Below, one piece after another: positions 22,769 through 35,621 of a stretch of DNA of 64,000 nucleotides. Both the position numbers and the translations under genes were made by a program. Numbering within the stretch: the stretch's first letter is position 1; each line of letters starts with the position of its first letter. Origin of the DNA: Macrostomum lignano (lineage: Eukaryota); the NCBI GenBank assembly GCA_002269645.1, contig NIVC01001049.1, forward strand, positions 248,001 to 312,000, read 5' to 3'. The notes under the pieces were generated by a model. It saw only the letters and a list, made by a program, of their open reading frames with translations. It searched no databases and was not told the DNA's origin.

Positions 22769-24782
22769 GGGGGGTGTCTCCGCAGACTGGGATGTCTCTG
22801 ACCTGTTGTCAGCACTGCTGACATCGGGGCGTGCGGTGCAGAAAGAAAGAGAGAGAGTGAGAGCTGCTGCATCGGCCTAGAGACGTACGACTCTGATGAT
22901 AGTAGTATTCATATCATTTTAACGGTGTTTGCTTTCAAATCAAAATAGTCATTGACCATTTTGACGACTAATGCTCATGAATATTTTTAGCCCAGAATTC
23001 CATATACTAAAAATGAAAATGACAACTAAAATCTGTTCTATTTTTAGACAATTCACATATCTGCGCGATTTATATAAACAGACGCACATAGCACATCACG
23101 TGATTATTCTCTCTCACCCATTACGACTATTTAAGCCAGTTGTGGAAAGCGTAGAACTTACGTTTGACATTGAAAAGCTCGCTTGCTGTTTAAAAGAATC
23201 CTGCGGCTGTTTGAGTTGGCAGAAGATAGGCTTTTTTAAATTTGAGCATTTAAAACTACGATTATAATAAATCGTAGTTTAGAAACAAAGCAGTTTGTTA
23301 TTAAAGTCACAATAATCTTAATCAGGTAACTGACTAGAATTAGGCTATAAATTTTATCTATCAATTGCTCGCGAGTCTCATGTACGACGTACTTGCTTCA
23401 TTTTTGAGTAAAGAAATACACTGCAGTTTGGAAGTTTTCTTCAGTGAAACGGTGAAACTTGATTTCTTTGCTTAAATGAGCTTGGTTGGCTTTTTCATTG
23501 TTTTTGCGGCCAATAGTCTTATTACTCAATGTCTTTATTTTATATACTTTTTTATGTTTTATGCCGCGCAACTGCGGACTTTCGTGTCTTGGATTTAACT
23601 AGGTTAACTGGAACAAAAACGACTTTGTTAAAGAATTTAGAATTTTTATTAGGCAATTTATAATAGTCGTTGTCAATTGCCAGAACAGCAGAGGTCACAA
23701 CAGCCTTTAATTTGACCCTTCCGGCTCTCTTTTAGGCCTATCAGTTGCTTCTCAAATCCGACAGGTGAGCAAATCTTCCAGCATAAGCCTTCATCTCAAA
23801 GTTTTAATTAGTTGTAGCTACCCCTGATTTTGCAACTTCGAAACTGTTAGATTAAGATTATAGAAATAATTCCCACAAGACGCGTCAACATTTCGTATTG
23901 AGAACAAAAACGATTGTGTGACAAATGTTTTTAACGCCTTAAAAAGTAATTAAGTTTTTTTGTTCGATGAAGTCTGGTGAAAACGGTAAAAGTTTTATGA
24001 ATATTGGACATAATGGTAGATTGCGTAGTAGGTAAGGGACTGAAATAATGGCCAAACAAAGTCTATGGCACATAGAGGCCATTATTTCAGCATAGCGTAG
24101 TCTGACGGCCATTATTTCAGCGTGCCGGAAGCGGTCATTATTTCACACTTTTTATCACGCTTTAATTGGCTGTTTTGAGAGTTATTTTACCCATAGATGA
24201 CTGAGATGTGTGTCTTAGTTTGACCATAGACAACACTGTGATGAGTGCCGATTTCGTTTGCGTCTTGCAAGAAATCAGGAAAGTGGGTAGTACGAGTAAA
24301 AGCTATTTGTCTTGTCAAGCAACTATGGCTGGTGCATCTCGTCAAACAGCCCCGCTTATTAATTGGAATATCTTCTTGTCGATGACTGAACGAACCGTTT
24401 TTTCAGTGTATTCCAGAATTCCATGTAGACTGTTTGCGATTATTCTCATATGTCAGTTAATAAATGCATATTTAACTAATCGTTTATGGTTCAAACGCCT
24501 GCTAAAGCTGAAATAATGGCCAGTTGAGTTTGTCATTACACCAGGCTGTGCCTTATGGACAATGGCATGACACTAGTAACAGGCCAATTTTACCTAAACG
24601 AATCTCTAAAAATTTTTGTGCCAAAATGAGTCATGAGCAAGCTTCCGTGTTTTATGGACTCAGCACGCAGCTAAAAAGGAACATTGCAGCGTTTGATGAC
24701 AAAAACAGAGCCACACCCTTTCACAAAAACGCCTAAAGTTTTTAATAAAAGACTTCTCACTTTTCAGCAGGACACATGCGTC

Positions 24783-26022
24783 ATGTCAGAACTTCCAGAG
24801 CGAGTGTCGGGAGCCCGACCGGTCTCCGATCTGCCGGCTCACCTGCAGTGCAGCAGCTGCTCCAAGCCGCTCTTCAACGCCCGACAGACTCCGCACGGGT
24901 GCCGCCTGTGCCACGCCTGCGTCACTGGCCTGCTGCACGAGGTGGAGAAGCGGCCCTGTCCCGGACACACCGAGGCCTGCACACTCAGAGACCGCCACTC
25001 GGAGGAGGACGTTGGCGGCGGGGTCGAGACCGAGGTGAGCCGAGCTACCTGCTATCCCGACATAGCGACGAGACGCGAGGTCGCCAAGCTGCGAGTCCGC
25101 TGTCCGAACTGCGACGCCGGCTGCTCTGTCCAACTCGAATGGGCTCGCATGGACCAGCATGTGCAACAGAGCTGCGACTGGCACTCACTCCGCTGTGAGC
25201 AGTGCAAAGAGCTCATCCTGAAGAAGGACATGCAGCGACACACCAGCAGCGAGTGTCGCCACAGGAAGGAGACCTGCGACCTGTGCTCTCAGCTGGTCAC
25301 ACACAGCGAGATGGAGACCAGTCACAGGAATCTGCAGTCCGATGTGTGCTGTCCGAGATTCTCAGCTCGCTGTCCTCACTGCTCGGAGCGGAGCACACCG
25401 ATGGACAGGCGGGGATATGTTGCTCACCTGTCGGAGTGTCCCGAGAGAACGGTAGAATGCAAGTACTCTCACCTGGGCTGCGGGGAGATGGTAAGCAGGT
25501 CCGATCTGGAGAGGCACTACAGGGACAGCATGGACTCTCACCTTGAGCTCATGGACTCGAAGCTCAAGCAGGCAGCTGTTGTTCCATCGAATTCTGGTAA
25601 GCTTTTCTGTTGAATAATAGCAAAGATCAATGTGCGCTAATACATTAAGGTGGTTGGATGCGAATGTTTTGTTGGTCGCTATTGCAATAATGTTTAATTG
25701 TTCATTTCCAGCAGCTGCGGTCCCGCAGTCCTCTGTCGGTGCCGCAGCTCCCACCGCCACTACCGCCGACGGTCGCGAGGTGGCCGATGTGAAGCGGCGA
25801 GTCGGCAGCGTCTTCGAGCAGTTCAAGAAGCTGCAGGTCAACGTGGCGAACTGGGCTCACAGCACCATGGAGCTCGAGCAGCTGGCTGACAGGTTCGGAG
25901 GCGTCTCGCAGCTGCGGACTCTGCTGAGCGGACTGGACGAGCGGACAAGGAACGTCGAGCAGCTGCAGCAGCAGGTGCAGCAGCTCCAGCAGCAGGTGCA
26001 GCAGCTGCAACAGAGAGCTTGA
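24783..26022 (+). CDS. TRAF-like copy 2: RING + TRAF zinc fingers + coiled coil, no MATH domain (about 373 aa)
   Basis: Exons 24783-25596 and 25715-26022, phase 1. CSSC...QTPHGCRLCHAC; YPDIATRREVAKLRVRCPN..GC; repeated C-x2-C...H...C fingers; QQQVQQL heptads, then stop. Confidence 0.85.
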
Positions 26023-26409
26023 TGCTTAAAATTTTCAACGAGGAAAAAATGTGTGCATTCGATTGCTTCATTGCATCGTACCTAATCGGCCAGTATCGAT
26101 GTGATGTTTATGAATGAGAAAAAGCCTTTGACGATTATTATTCAGATAGAAATGTGAGTTTTTTCCAGCAAACTGATCAAATCCGAGTCGGGTTTTAAGT
26201 TTTGAATATTTAAAAACCTATTTAAAATTTTAAGCAGTTTTAAAACACTTTCCTGACTTCGTTGACAGAACATTTTCGTGCAATTGTTATCAACTAATAA
26301 ACAAGTGTTTTGATATCCTCAGAGTGTGCCCGACTCTGAAGTCCGCGCTGACCGCTTCAGTATATTCTGAATTTTTACATGTACTAACCTTCCAGTCGGC
26401 CTCTACGAG

Positions 26410-27424
26410 CTACTGAGGTCTCCAGTGTGCACTTGCCCACCTAAGTCTGCACTGAGGTCTCCAGTGTGCACTTGCCCACCTAAGTCTGCACTGAGGTCTC
26501 TCCAGTGTGTACTGCCCACCTAAGTCTGCACTGAAGCCTCTCCAGTGTGTACTGCCCACCTAAGTCTGCACTGAAGTATCTCCAGAGTGTACTGCCCACC
26601 AAAGTCTGCACTGAAGTCTCTCCAGTGTGCACTGCCCACCTAAGTCTGCACTGAAGTCTCTCCAGTGTGTACTGCCCACTTAAGTCTGCACTGAGGTCTC
26701 TCCAGTGTGTACTGCCCACCTAAGTCTGCACTGAGGTCTCTCCAGTGTGTACTGCCCACCTAAGTCTGCACTGACGTCTCTCCAGTGTGTACTGCCCACT
26801 TAAGTCTGCACTGAGGTCTCTCCAGTGTGCACTTGCCCACTTAAGTCTGCACTGAGGTCTCTCCAGTGTGTACTGCCCACCTAAGTCTGCACTGAAGCCT
26901 CTCCAGTGTGTACTGCCCACTTAAGTCTGCACTGAGGTCTCTCCAGTGTGTACTGCCCACCTAAGTCTGCACTGAGGTCTCTCCAGTGTGTACTGCCCAC
27001 CTAAGTCTGCACTGAAGTCTCTCCAGTGTGTACTGCCCACCAAAGTCTGCACTGAGGTCTCTCCAGTGTGTACTGCCCACCAAAGTCTGCACTGAAGTCT
27101 CTCCAGTGTGTACTGCCCACTTAAGTCTGCACTGAGGTCTCTCCAGTGTGTACTGCCCACCAAAGTCTGTACTGAGGTCTCTCCAGTGTGTACTGCCCAC
27201 CAAAGTCTGCACTGAAGTCTCTCCAGTGTGCACTTGCCCACCTAAGTCTGCACTGAAGTCTCTCCAGTGTGTACTGCCCACCTAAGTCTGCACTGAAGTC
27301 TCTCCAGTGTGTACTGCCCACCTAAGTCTGCACTGAAGTCTCTCCAGTGTGCACTGCCCACCTAAGTCTGCACTGAAGTCTCTCCAGTGTGCACTGCCCA
27401 CCTAAGTCTGCACTGAAGTCTCTT
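26410..27424. repeat. Minisatellite, 40-bp unit taagtctgcactgaggtctctccagtgtgtactgcccacc (about 25 copies, some 41 bp)
   Basis: Direct tandem repeats with no unique spacers. Confidence 0.96.
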
Positions 27425-27429
27425 CACTG

Positions 27430-27720
27430 CATTCCAAGTGCAGTAAGGTTAATTTGAGGCTAAATTGGAATCTCAGCTTGGCTCTGCTCGGCAATTAACA
27501 CCCTTGATGGCCAACCCCCAAGGTGCAGTAAAGTGTACATGCCTAAAGATAAATAAAGTGAGAATCCTGTGTGTGTGTGTGTGTGTGTGCCTGTGCAAAT
27601 GACTGCCTGCTCAGAGGAGTCGGCGGAATGGGCAGTAATGCCTCTCACCGGCTGTGTCACATTGTCGATTAAAGTGCAGCGCGCCAGGGTGCATACAGCC
27701 CCCCTGTCTCTACAAAAAGG
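27430..27720 (+). mobile_element. tRNA-derived SINE, copy B (5' truncated)
   Basis: Body homologous to 50-350 and to the reverse complement of 41320-41620; internal (TG)n expansion. Confidence 0.72.
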
Positions 27721-28149
27721 CTCAGTTCTTCATGTCCAGTTAACTCGCAATCTGTGCCCCTCCCGGTGGGGAGGCAAAAAAGGAATAAAAATAAGAGTAA
27801 CTGCAGGGGGCATGTAGATTTTGACTTTGTACAATTTAGAGTTGCTATACTCTCGTTTTATTATTATCTAAAGGAAAATTATGTTTAAAGCAAAAATCAT
27901 GCGCTCTGACGCCAGCTATCTTAGCCTAAGATATGGGATCCCATGAGCTTTTGCTCCATCTGCCCACGGTTGTGTTCCGTGCCTTTTAGGCCTCGCTTTG
28001 AGCTGAGATTGCTTGTTCTCGCGGCGTTGAATTTTTTTTGTGTTCATATTACAATAAAATATACCTTGACGGGCTCGATTGTGCCACCTGTGTTCTCACC
28101 AAGCGCTTTTCGTTGTCTCCCTTCCTGCCATAGAGCTAACAGCATTACA

Positions 28150-28690
28150 CGAATACCTCCATGAGCATTGAGATCACAGCAATTTCCCACATGAACCTTG
28201 CTATTTCACCAATTCTCACTGACCCACAGAATTTCAGCGATTTCCCCATGAGCCTTGGCATCGCAGCAATTCCCCCCTGAGCCTTGGCATCTCAGCAATT
28301 CCCCCCTGAGCCTTGGCATCTCAGCAATTCCCCCCTGAGCCTTGGCATCTCAGCAATTCCCCCCTGAGCCTTGGCATCTCAGCAATTCTCCCCTGAGCCT
28401 TGGCATCGCAGCTATTCCCCCCTGAGCATTGGCATCTCAGCAATTCTCCCCTGAGCCTTGGCATCTCAGCAATTCCCCCCTGACCCTTGACATCTCAGCA
28501 ATTCCCCCACGATCCTTGACATCTCAGCAATTCCCCAAGAACCGGAAACCGGAAAATTTCTGATCGAACAGAACAAGTTTCATGAAAATCGGTTGAGCCG
28601 TTTTTTTCTGAAATTAATCGCATACCTACCTAGATACCTAGATACTCGTAGATAGAGAAAACTCATTTTAACATACCGGGTATGTTAAGG
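28150..28690 (+). mobile_element. Possible non-autonomous Helentron/DINE-like element
   Basis: Tandem array, then aagtttcatgaaaatcgg, a short cctagata microrepeat and a 21-bp palindrome ttaacatacc-g-ggtatgttaa (28668-28688). The 5' end is not defined. Confidence 0.4.
28250..28530. repeat. About 29-bp tandem array gagccttggcatctcagcaattccccct (about 10 copies)
   Basis: Direct tandem repeat. Confidence 0.92.
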
Positions 28691-29432
28691 CTGATCACAT
28701 TTATATGTAGACTTTAAACCCTTTTATCGTCCATATCAAGTGTGGCCCAGTGAATGTTTATTGCATTATCTTCTGCTTAAGTAGTCCTTGCTATTAATAC
28801 TATTTTATTTCATGATTACTCATTACTGTTCCCCGCTCTCATCTTAAAAAAGCGATTTGTCGGCCAGCTATTCAGACGAGCATTCTAAATTTCTATTTAG
28901 AATGAGCGGCTTCATGCCTTCAGGCCTCGCCCAGAACTGAAAAAACACAGCTCACTTGTCCTGTTTATCTGGCACACGAGGCTTCACTCGTGGCCGGGTT
29001 TTGATTCTAAAAATAGAACTTGCGTTTCCAGACAGGCAATTTGACTGAAATAAATTGAATGTACACTGCATGTGTGGGACTGACAAGTACACTGGGTACG
29101 TGTTGGAGTTTACATTTGGAACAGGACGTATCTTATTTCCCTACACACACGTACGTTATAAGCTAGACTTTTAATAAGCAAGATATGTGATGTTCAAATT
29201 AATGGAATTTTCCACAACTAGCAGTCATTTCCGTCACGTGACTTTCAGTCATAGAAAGCATGATTGCTTTTTATTAAGTCTGTCAGGATAGCAAGAGCTG
29301 AAAAAAGCCGAGACTGGCTCGCATTGTTCACTAACAAGTGAACCTAAAGTAAATGCGACATCAGCCAAGTGAATTCCTGCAACAGCTTATCACAAAAGCA
29401 GGGTTTTATCCAGCGGCACCTCCAACTCATTG

Positions 29433-30188
29433 ATGGTCAGAAGCTTCCAGAACACCCAGCAGTCCTGGTGGGTCCCAGTCGGTCGCATCTCCAGCCAGGC
29501 TGAGGCTCTGTCCCAGGCTCAGCTGTTTGAGGCCCGTCATCCGGGACTAAAGTACACTGGCAGCTGGAACTCCGCCCCGAACTCAAAGCACTGCTCCATC
29601 GAGGTCGCCTCCGCGGGGTCAATTGTTGTCTCTCTGGGCGCCACTTCCAGCCGCAGAGATGCGCAAGACAAGGCTGAAGCCTTCATCGCAAAGCATCTGT
29701 ACCTGAAGTGGACAGCCAGCTGTTCTGAGCTCGGTTGGCTCCAGAACTTCCAGATTGTGGTCGAAGCTTTCCTGCCCACCGAGTGGCACATGAAGGAAGG
29801 CACAGTTGGGGCCTGCCTGCCAGTGACCACCAGCCTGCGGCTGAGGAACTTGACCTCCGAGAAGGTGACCAGGATTTCTGCAAGGGGCTTGGAGCCCAAC
29901 GACTGGGGCCAGCGGCGGCCCTGCCTCCAGTTCTCCGACAGACAGATCGTCGAGCGAGGCGTCCTGGAGAAGGAGCTGGACGTGAACTTCTGGAGCCACA
30001 CGGCCAAGCTGGCGGTCTGGCTCGGCTTCCAGAGCGGCCGCTACCTGCAGTTCCAGGTGAACAGCCGGGTGGCCATCGACAGCTCGGCAAAAAATCATTG
30101 GAAATTCTCCTCTGGAGCTGGCCTGTCGGTTTACCACAAGGTGGAGCCCGGCGCCCGCCTGCTGGAGGTGGTCGTGTGCGACTCATGA
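29433..30188 (+). CDS. Two MVL-like (mannan-binding lectin) repeats + uncharacterised beta-rich C-terminal domain, paralog 1 (251 aa, intronless CDS)
   Basis: VPVGRISSQAEALSQ...ARHPGLKYTGSW...SIEV follows the MVL pattern IPAGPLWSNAEAQ...AAHQGNFTGQW...VVEV recalled from memory; second weaker repeat follows. A clear paralog at 34854 supports coding status. Confidence 0.62.
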   Translation: MVRSFQNTQQSWWVPVGRISSQAEALSQAQLFEARHPGLKYTGSWNSAPNSKHCSIEVASAGSIVVSLGATSSRRDAQDKAEAFIAKHLYLKWTASCSELGWLQNFQIVVEAFLPTEWHMKEGTVGACLPVTTSLRLRNLTSEKVTRISARGLEPNDWGQRRPCLQFSDRQIVERGVLEKELDVNFWSHTAKLAVWLGFQSGRYLQFQVNSRVAIDSSAKNHWKFSSGAGLSVYHKVEPGARLLEVVVCDS

Positions 30189-30779
30189 CGCCGCACCGCT
30201 CAAAGACGCGCGGCACTTCTTGTACAAATGTTAATAGGAGCGTAAATTGCCTGACAACTGAATTATTGTAGTGTACGATTGATTGTATAATTTGTAAAAA
30301 ACGATAAGCATACAGTCATAATACTTGACATTGTATTGTACTGTACAGAATGTAAAAATAGAAACGAAAATACACCTGAGAGCCATGTTTTTTGCCACGG
30401 TGGCAGCTCTCCACAGCGCGGCTTTTCCATGGAAATGCCTTTGGCCATTGTACAGTTCCAACGAATCATGTGACAGAAATGTCTATTTTAAGCAGCCGCC
30501 AGCAAGGGCAGCCAGGCCAGGCGGACTGCGACCTGAAGTTGGCTGCCGAGCTCGAACTCAACTCAAGCAGGAAGCAAGTGCGTGGCTTCTCTGTTATAAT
30601 CATACTTCAGTATTTGCTGAAAGGGATAAAAAAATTAAGCTCAGCATCGCCTCAGCAACTGCCCTCCCATCGCCCACCCTGCCAGCCCCGGGTCTCCAGG
30701 TTGAAAGCAGCTCCAACAGAAAGTACATCTGCGGTTGGCGATTTTCTCAGAGACGAATTTGTGAATGTGAGAGTGGATA

Positions 30780-31270
30780 AACGCACGAGGATAACCATTT
30801 TGTTGAAAAATTTTGGTCAGAAAATTCACTTCTTGGTCAGGGTTAGTCCAGGTGTTGCAGACACTGAAAGCTCTGTGTAGCAGACATCTAATCAGGCCGG
30901 ATTTCCACTCTCTTGGACATAAAGCATTGAAGTTGAGGATGAGATTGGTAAATGTGCTTTTCCGAAAAACTTTGGTGGAGAGGGTTCCGCAATTAAAATC
31001 AATGTCCAGGTCAAGGAACGGAAGCCTCTGGTCGGAAGCAACCTCAGAAGTGAACTGGATGTTAGTGTGTGTAGAGTTGAGAGCGTCCAAGAAACAGTCA
31101 ATTTTGTCCTTTTTGTCGAAGATGGCGAAGGTGTCGTCAACATAACGCCTGTAGAATTTGGGTGCGCAGTCAAGGGTCATCCGATCGTTGGTTTCCCAAT
31201 GAGACAGGCAGACGTCAGCAAGGGTGGAGGCCAAGGGGCTTCCAAAGCGCATTCCCCCAACCTCAACACT
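30780..31270 (-). mobile_element. Penelope-like retroelement RT fragment
   Basis: FGSPLASTLAD, YRRYVDDTF, NIQFTSE...LPFLDL, TKVFRKSTFT and KSGLI...LLHRA...C are typical of PLE RT. Confidence 0.8.
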
Positions 31271-31971
31271 CAACTCCAACACAGTGGCGCGGGACAAACT
31301 CCGTGTGTTCTGAGGGAGGGGACACTGGATGTACATTATATACTTCAAACAGAAGTATAAAGCTATATATATATCGCTATCACTCCGTCCCTGGACTTTG
31401 CCTCTCAACTTTTGGACCAACAAACATGTGCTTCAAATATTGATTGAATTTGCACCCGAAATTCTGTCTATGGCCGTTTCTTTCGCTCCAAAATAAACCT
31501 GAACATGCACAGTATCGTGCGAAACGCGTCGTTCAATTGAATTATTTAATCTTGAAAGGAAAACTATTTTTAGTCCTGAAAACTGAATGCCCTGCCGAGT
31601 TGCCACCTCGCGAGCTTACAGAACCGCAGAAATGATAGAATCGTGCTAGAAATACATCAATCACGATCAATTTTAGAGTAGCCATTAGAAGTTTTCAGTA
31701 TTAGTGCAGACTTGATCTACTATAAATACCTAAAAAGCTATTAATACCAAAATTTCTTTAAATAAACTCAAATTTCTTATTTCTGCTTCATAAAAAACTA
31801 TGGAACTTTTAAAGCAGGCATAAATCAAATAAGGAGGCTGCCTTGTTCGACGCTTTCCGTCAATTTAAATATTCCGTCTTCGATCCCTCCCTATCTGGGC
31901 ACCACGCTCATAAAAAATATTTGCATGCCACTTTTAAATTGCAGTCTGACTCTTAGGACGTTTGGACAACA

Positions 31972-33188
31972 ATGTCGGAGCTGCCTTCGAGTGTGTCGGC
32001 TGCGAGGCCGGTCTCCGTTCTGCCGACTCACCTGCAGTGCAGCAGCTGCTCAAAGCCGCTCTTCAACGCCCGACAGACTCCGCACGGGTGCCGCCTGTGC
32101 CAGGCCTGCGTCACCGGCCTGCTGCACGAGGTGGAGAAGCGGCCCTGTCCCGGAAACACCGAGGCCTGCACACTCAGAGACCACCACTCGGAGGAGGACG
32201 CTGGCGGCGGGGTCGAGATCGAGGTGAGCCAGGCTACCTGCTTTCCCGACATGGCGACGAGACGCGAGGTCGCCAAGCTGCGAGTCCGCTGTCCGAACTG
32301 CGACGCCGGCTGCTCTGTCCAACTCGAATGGGCTCGCATGGACCAGCATGTGCAACAGAGCTGCGACTGGCACTCATTCCGCTGTGAGCAGTGCAAAGAG
32401 CTCATCCTGAAGAAGGACATGCAGCGACACACCAGCAGCGAGTGTCGCCACAGGAAGGAGACCTGCGACCTGTGCTCTCAGCTGGTCACACACAGCGAGA
32501 TGGAGACCAGTCACAGGAATCTGCAGTCCGATGTGTGCTGTCCGAGATTCTCAGCTCGCTGTCCTCACTGCTCGGAGCGGAGCACACCGATGGACAGGCG
32601 GGGATATGTTGCTCACCTGTCGGAGTGTCCCGAGAGACCGGTAGAGTGCAAGTACTCTCACCTGGGCTGCAGGGCGATGGTGCGCAGGTCCGATCTGGAG
32701 AGGCACTACAGGGAAAGCGTGGACTCTCACCTTGAGCTCATGGACTCGAAACTCAAGCAGACAGCGATAGCTCAGCAGAGTCCTTGTAAGAACTGGTGTC
32801 AAAATCAGTAATATAATCACGCAGAAGATGCTGTTCTGTGGTTTAATTTTTTTTCCTATTTTTAGCAGCCGCCGTGCCGCAGTCTTATGTAGGTTCCGCA
32901 GCTCCCGCCGCCGACGGTCGCGATGTGGCCGACGTGAAGCGGCGAGTCGGCAGCGTCTTCGAGCAGTTCAAGAAGCTGCAGGTCAACGTGGCGAACTGGG
33001 CTCACAGCACCATGGAGCTCGAGCAGCTGGCTGACAGGTTCGGAGGCGTCTCGCAGCTGCGGACTCTGCTGAGCGGACTGGACGAGCGGACGAGGAGCGT
33101 CGAGCAGCTGCAGCAGCAGGTGCAGCAGCTCCAGCAGCAGGTGCAGCAACTCCAGCAGCAGGTTCAGCAGGCGCAGAGCAGTCAATAG
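31972..33188 (+). CDS. TRAF-like copy 3, MATH-less
   Basis: Exons 31972-32785 and 32869-33188, phase 1; near-identical to copy 2. Confidence 0.85.
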
Positions 33189-33780
33189 TTTTGACTGATG
33201 AACTGAATTCACATTGGAAGCTGATGTATGAGATTTCGGCAGCGTGATGCACTCGAGTGTTGGTGCAATCCATGTCTCTTGGATCCTTTGACTTACAAAA
33301 TTCTGCTTTTGCGGTTAAGGAGACCTTCTATTGGAACTTTTTTGATGGCAGCTGAAGCCGAAGGTGCTGCAGTCCGGCGGAGCCGACTTGATGCTGTAGT
33401 AAGGCTCACAGCGATTTTTTTCGGCAAGGAAGACCAACCTTCCGTATTAGCTGATTATCCCACCACAGAGGCAGCCTCACCTGACAGAAGATCTATCCTA
33501 TACCCATCATTTTTCTCATTGTATAAAACCATTGGACTCGATTTTGTACATCTTATCCAATGAAATTTTGGAAATTTGCGACATTGCGACTTGTTATTGC
33601 ATTAGTTCGTGGGTCTGCGGTGGACTCTGAAAGAAATCAAGCCCCATCGGACCCTCAGACAGCGAGGAGGCGTGCCAGATCCTCTACCAGGTCCTCTGCT
33701 CGAATCTTTAACTTACAATTTATTCAGGAATCAAGCTTTCTGTTTCACTGCGTTTTCGTTATGTACTTCAAATTCTTTAG

Positions 33781-33846
33781 TGACCATGCATGGTCACTAT
33801 GCATGGTCACTATGCATGGTCACTATGCATGGTCACTATGCATGGC
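33781..33846. repeat. 13-bp tandem repeat tgcatggtcacta (about 5 copies)
   Basis: Direct repeat. Confidence 0.9.
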
Positions 33847-34853
33847 TCTGCAGCAGTCCGACCGTTTGGTAATTTTGTTTTTCATGCGCCCCCGGCTGCG
33901 GCTGAGCGTTGGCTGGTGGTAATGGTTTTTAATAGTCAACCTGCTTGATATTTCGCATACTATAATCTCTAAGGCAAAAATGCATTTTTGCATGGTTTGG
34001 AATGTGTCAAACAACTAAACCTAATATGGAAGTCGCGGTGTTACAGCGCCTGTTATCAGAGTTTTATCAGAAATAAATCAAACCCAACCAAAACCAAATA
34101 AGTAAGTCTCTTGGCTGCACGAGTTGCACCCGTGGCATGCGCGAATAATTTGTTTATACACGTATACGAGCTATAGCTCTATTTAAGAAAAGCAACCTTT
34201 GGATCCGGGCGTCTTCCGCCCGGTGCTAAATTTTTGGAGATCGAGGTGAGAACGCGTCTTTTGTAACTCTTGCAAAACTATTGGTTATTTTCTGTGCTAA
34301 ATCCACTAATGTAGACGAAGAAAAGATTGGTCAGATTACAAAAAAAGTGTTTTAATTACTACTCCTGGGTGAGAGTGGGCATTTTCACGAGAATTACTAG
34401 AAGTTACAGACTTGTCTCGACTTTTTGCTCATTTTGTTTTTCTGTCCTCACCTCTCTGTCTAGTTCAATCTGGTTCTTCTTATCATCGTCCCTTCCTTTT
34501 GCTCACTTCTGATTGGCTGTTCCCACTTACTAGCTTTATTCAATCAACCTTTGATTTCATAAAAGTCAAAAAGCCCAAGATTTGTTTTTGACCCCTTCTT
34601 TCTCTACAAATTCACATTAGTGTACAGATTGCTGATGCAGTGCTCGTGGCTCACTCACAGAGATTTGCTCGTATTGCTTAAACTGTCAGAGTCAGTGCAC
34701 CAGATCGAGCATTTTATATGGTCATCACGTCTGCTGCAAACCATGTTAAATACAAAACAGAGTGTAGTACTACTACAGGGAGTAGTACCCTGCAGTAGTA
34801 CATCGGGACTGCATTAATTTTGATTAGTACTCGCTCTCCTACTCACCCAGGAC

Positions 34854-35621
34854 ATGGTGCTCACCCTCCCAGTCCCGCCGGCCGTGCACTGGACGGTGCA
34901 GCTCGGCCCCGTCACCGACGCAGCGGACGCGAATTCAAAGGCGCTTGCCTACATGGCGGCGAACCCGGGCCTGAGGTGGCTGGGCTCCTGGAAGGCCATT
35001 CGGGACGGCAGGCTGACCGAGATTGAGGTCTCGTCTGAGGGGAGCATCGTGGTGTCCGTTGGAAGCACATCCGACAGTCGGGATGCGAAGAGCAAGACGG
35101 AGCTCTTCCTCAGAAAGAAGCCGTACCTAAAGTGGATCGGAGACTGCACAGCCGCTGGTTGGCACGAGAGCTTCGAGATCCTGGTGGAGCCGTATCTGCC
35201 CAGCCAGTGGCCTATGCAGGGGGGCACCGAGGGCTCGTGCCTGCCCGTGCAGATGCAGCTCAAGATAAAGAACGCGACGCCAGAGGCCGTTACTCGAGTT
35301 GTCGCGTGGGTCCTGGATGAAGAAGACTGGGGCGCCAGGTCGCCGTGCCGCCAGCTGACGGGGTGCAGAATCGAAGCCAGCCAGAGTCTGCAGAGGCAGC
35401 TGGACCTCAACTTCTGGCACTGGTCGGCCCAGTTCGGTCTGAGGCTAAAATTCCAGACTGGCCGGTGGCTTGAGTGCGAAGTCAACGGCAGAATTTCCAT
35501 AGACAGTGCCGCGGAAAAGAGCTGGAGCTGTAGGTCGGACCTCCCGGGTCTGTCCGCCTGCCCCCTGCCGCATCCGGACTCGCAGCTGCTGGAGCTGCTG
35601 GCAGTGCCTGAGTGCGTCTAA
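34854..35621 (+). CDS. MVL-like two-repeat protein, paralog 2 (255 aa, intronless CDS)
   Basis: VQLGPVTDAADANSK...AANPGLRWLGSW...EIEV. Colinear with 29433-30188 at roughly 40-45% identity by hand alignment (GSIVVS, YLKW, CLPV, DWGxRxPC, LDxNFW, FQxGR). Confidence 0.62.
   Translation: MVLTLPVPPAVHWTVQLGPVTDAADANSKALAYMAANPGLRWLGSWKAIRDGRLTEIEVSSEGSIVVSVGSTSDSRDAKSKTELFLRKKPYLKWIGDCTAAGWHESFEILVEPYLPSQWPMQGGTEGSCLPVQMQLKIKNATPEAVTRVVAWVLDEEDWGARSPCRQLTGCRIEASQSLQRQLDLNFWHWSAQFGLRLKFQTGRWLECEVNGRISIDSAAEKSWSCRSDLPGLSACPLPHPDSQLLELLAVPECV

Noticed and set aside
24028-24600. Repeated ctgaaataatggcc motifs in both orientations with short taggtaa ends
   Set aside because: Possibly a small DNA transposon, but I could not define convincing TIRs or a TSD.
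25702-26010. Leucine-rich antisense ORFs over TRAF exon 2 (also 32862-33212 and 49315-49680)
   Set aside because: They are the mirror of the CAG-rich coiled-coil codons and give no independent evidence of coding.
26410-27424. Regular 40-bp array as a possible CRISPR
   Set aside because: Units are contiguous with no unique spacers, there are no cas genes, and the context is eukaryotic.
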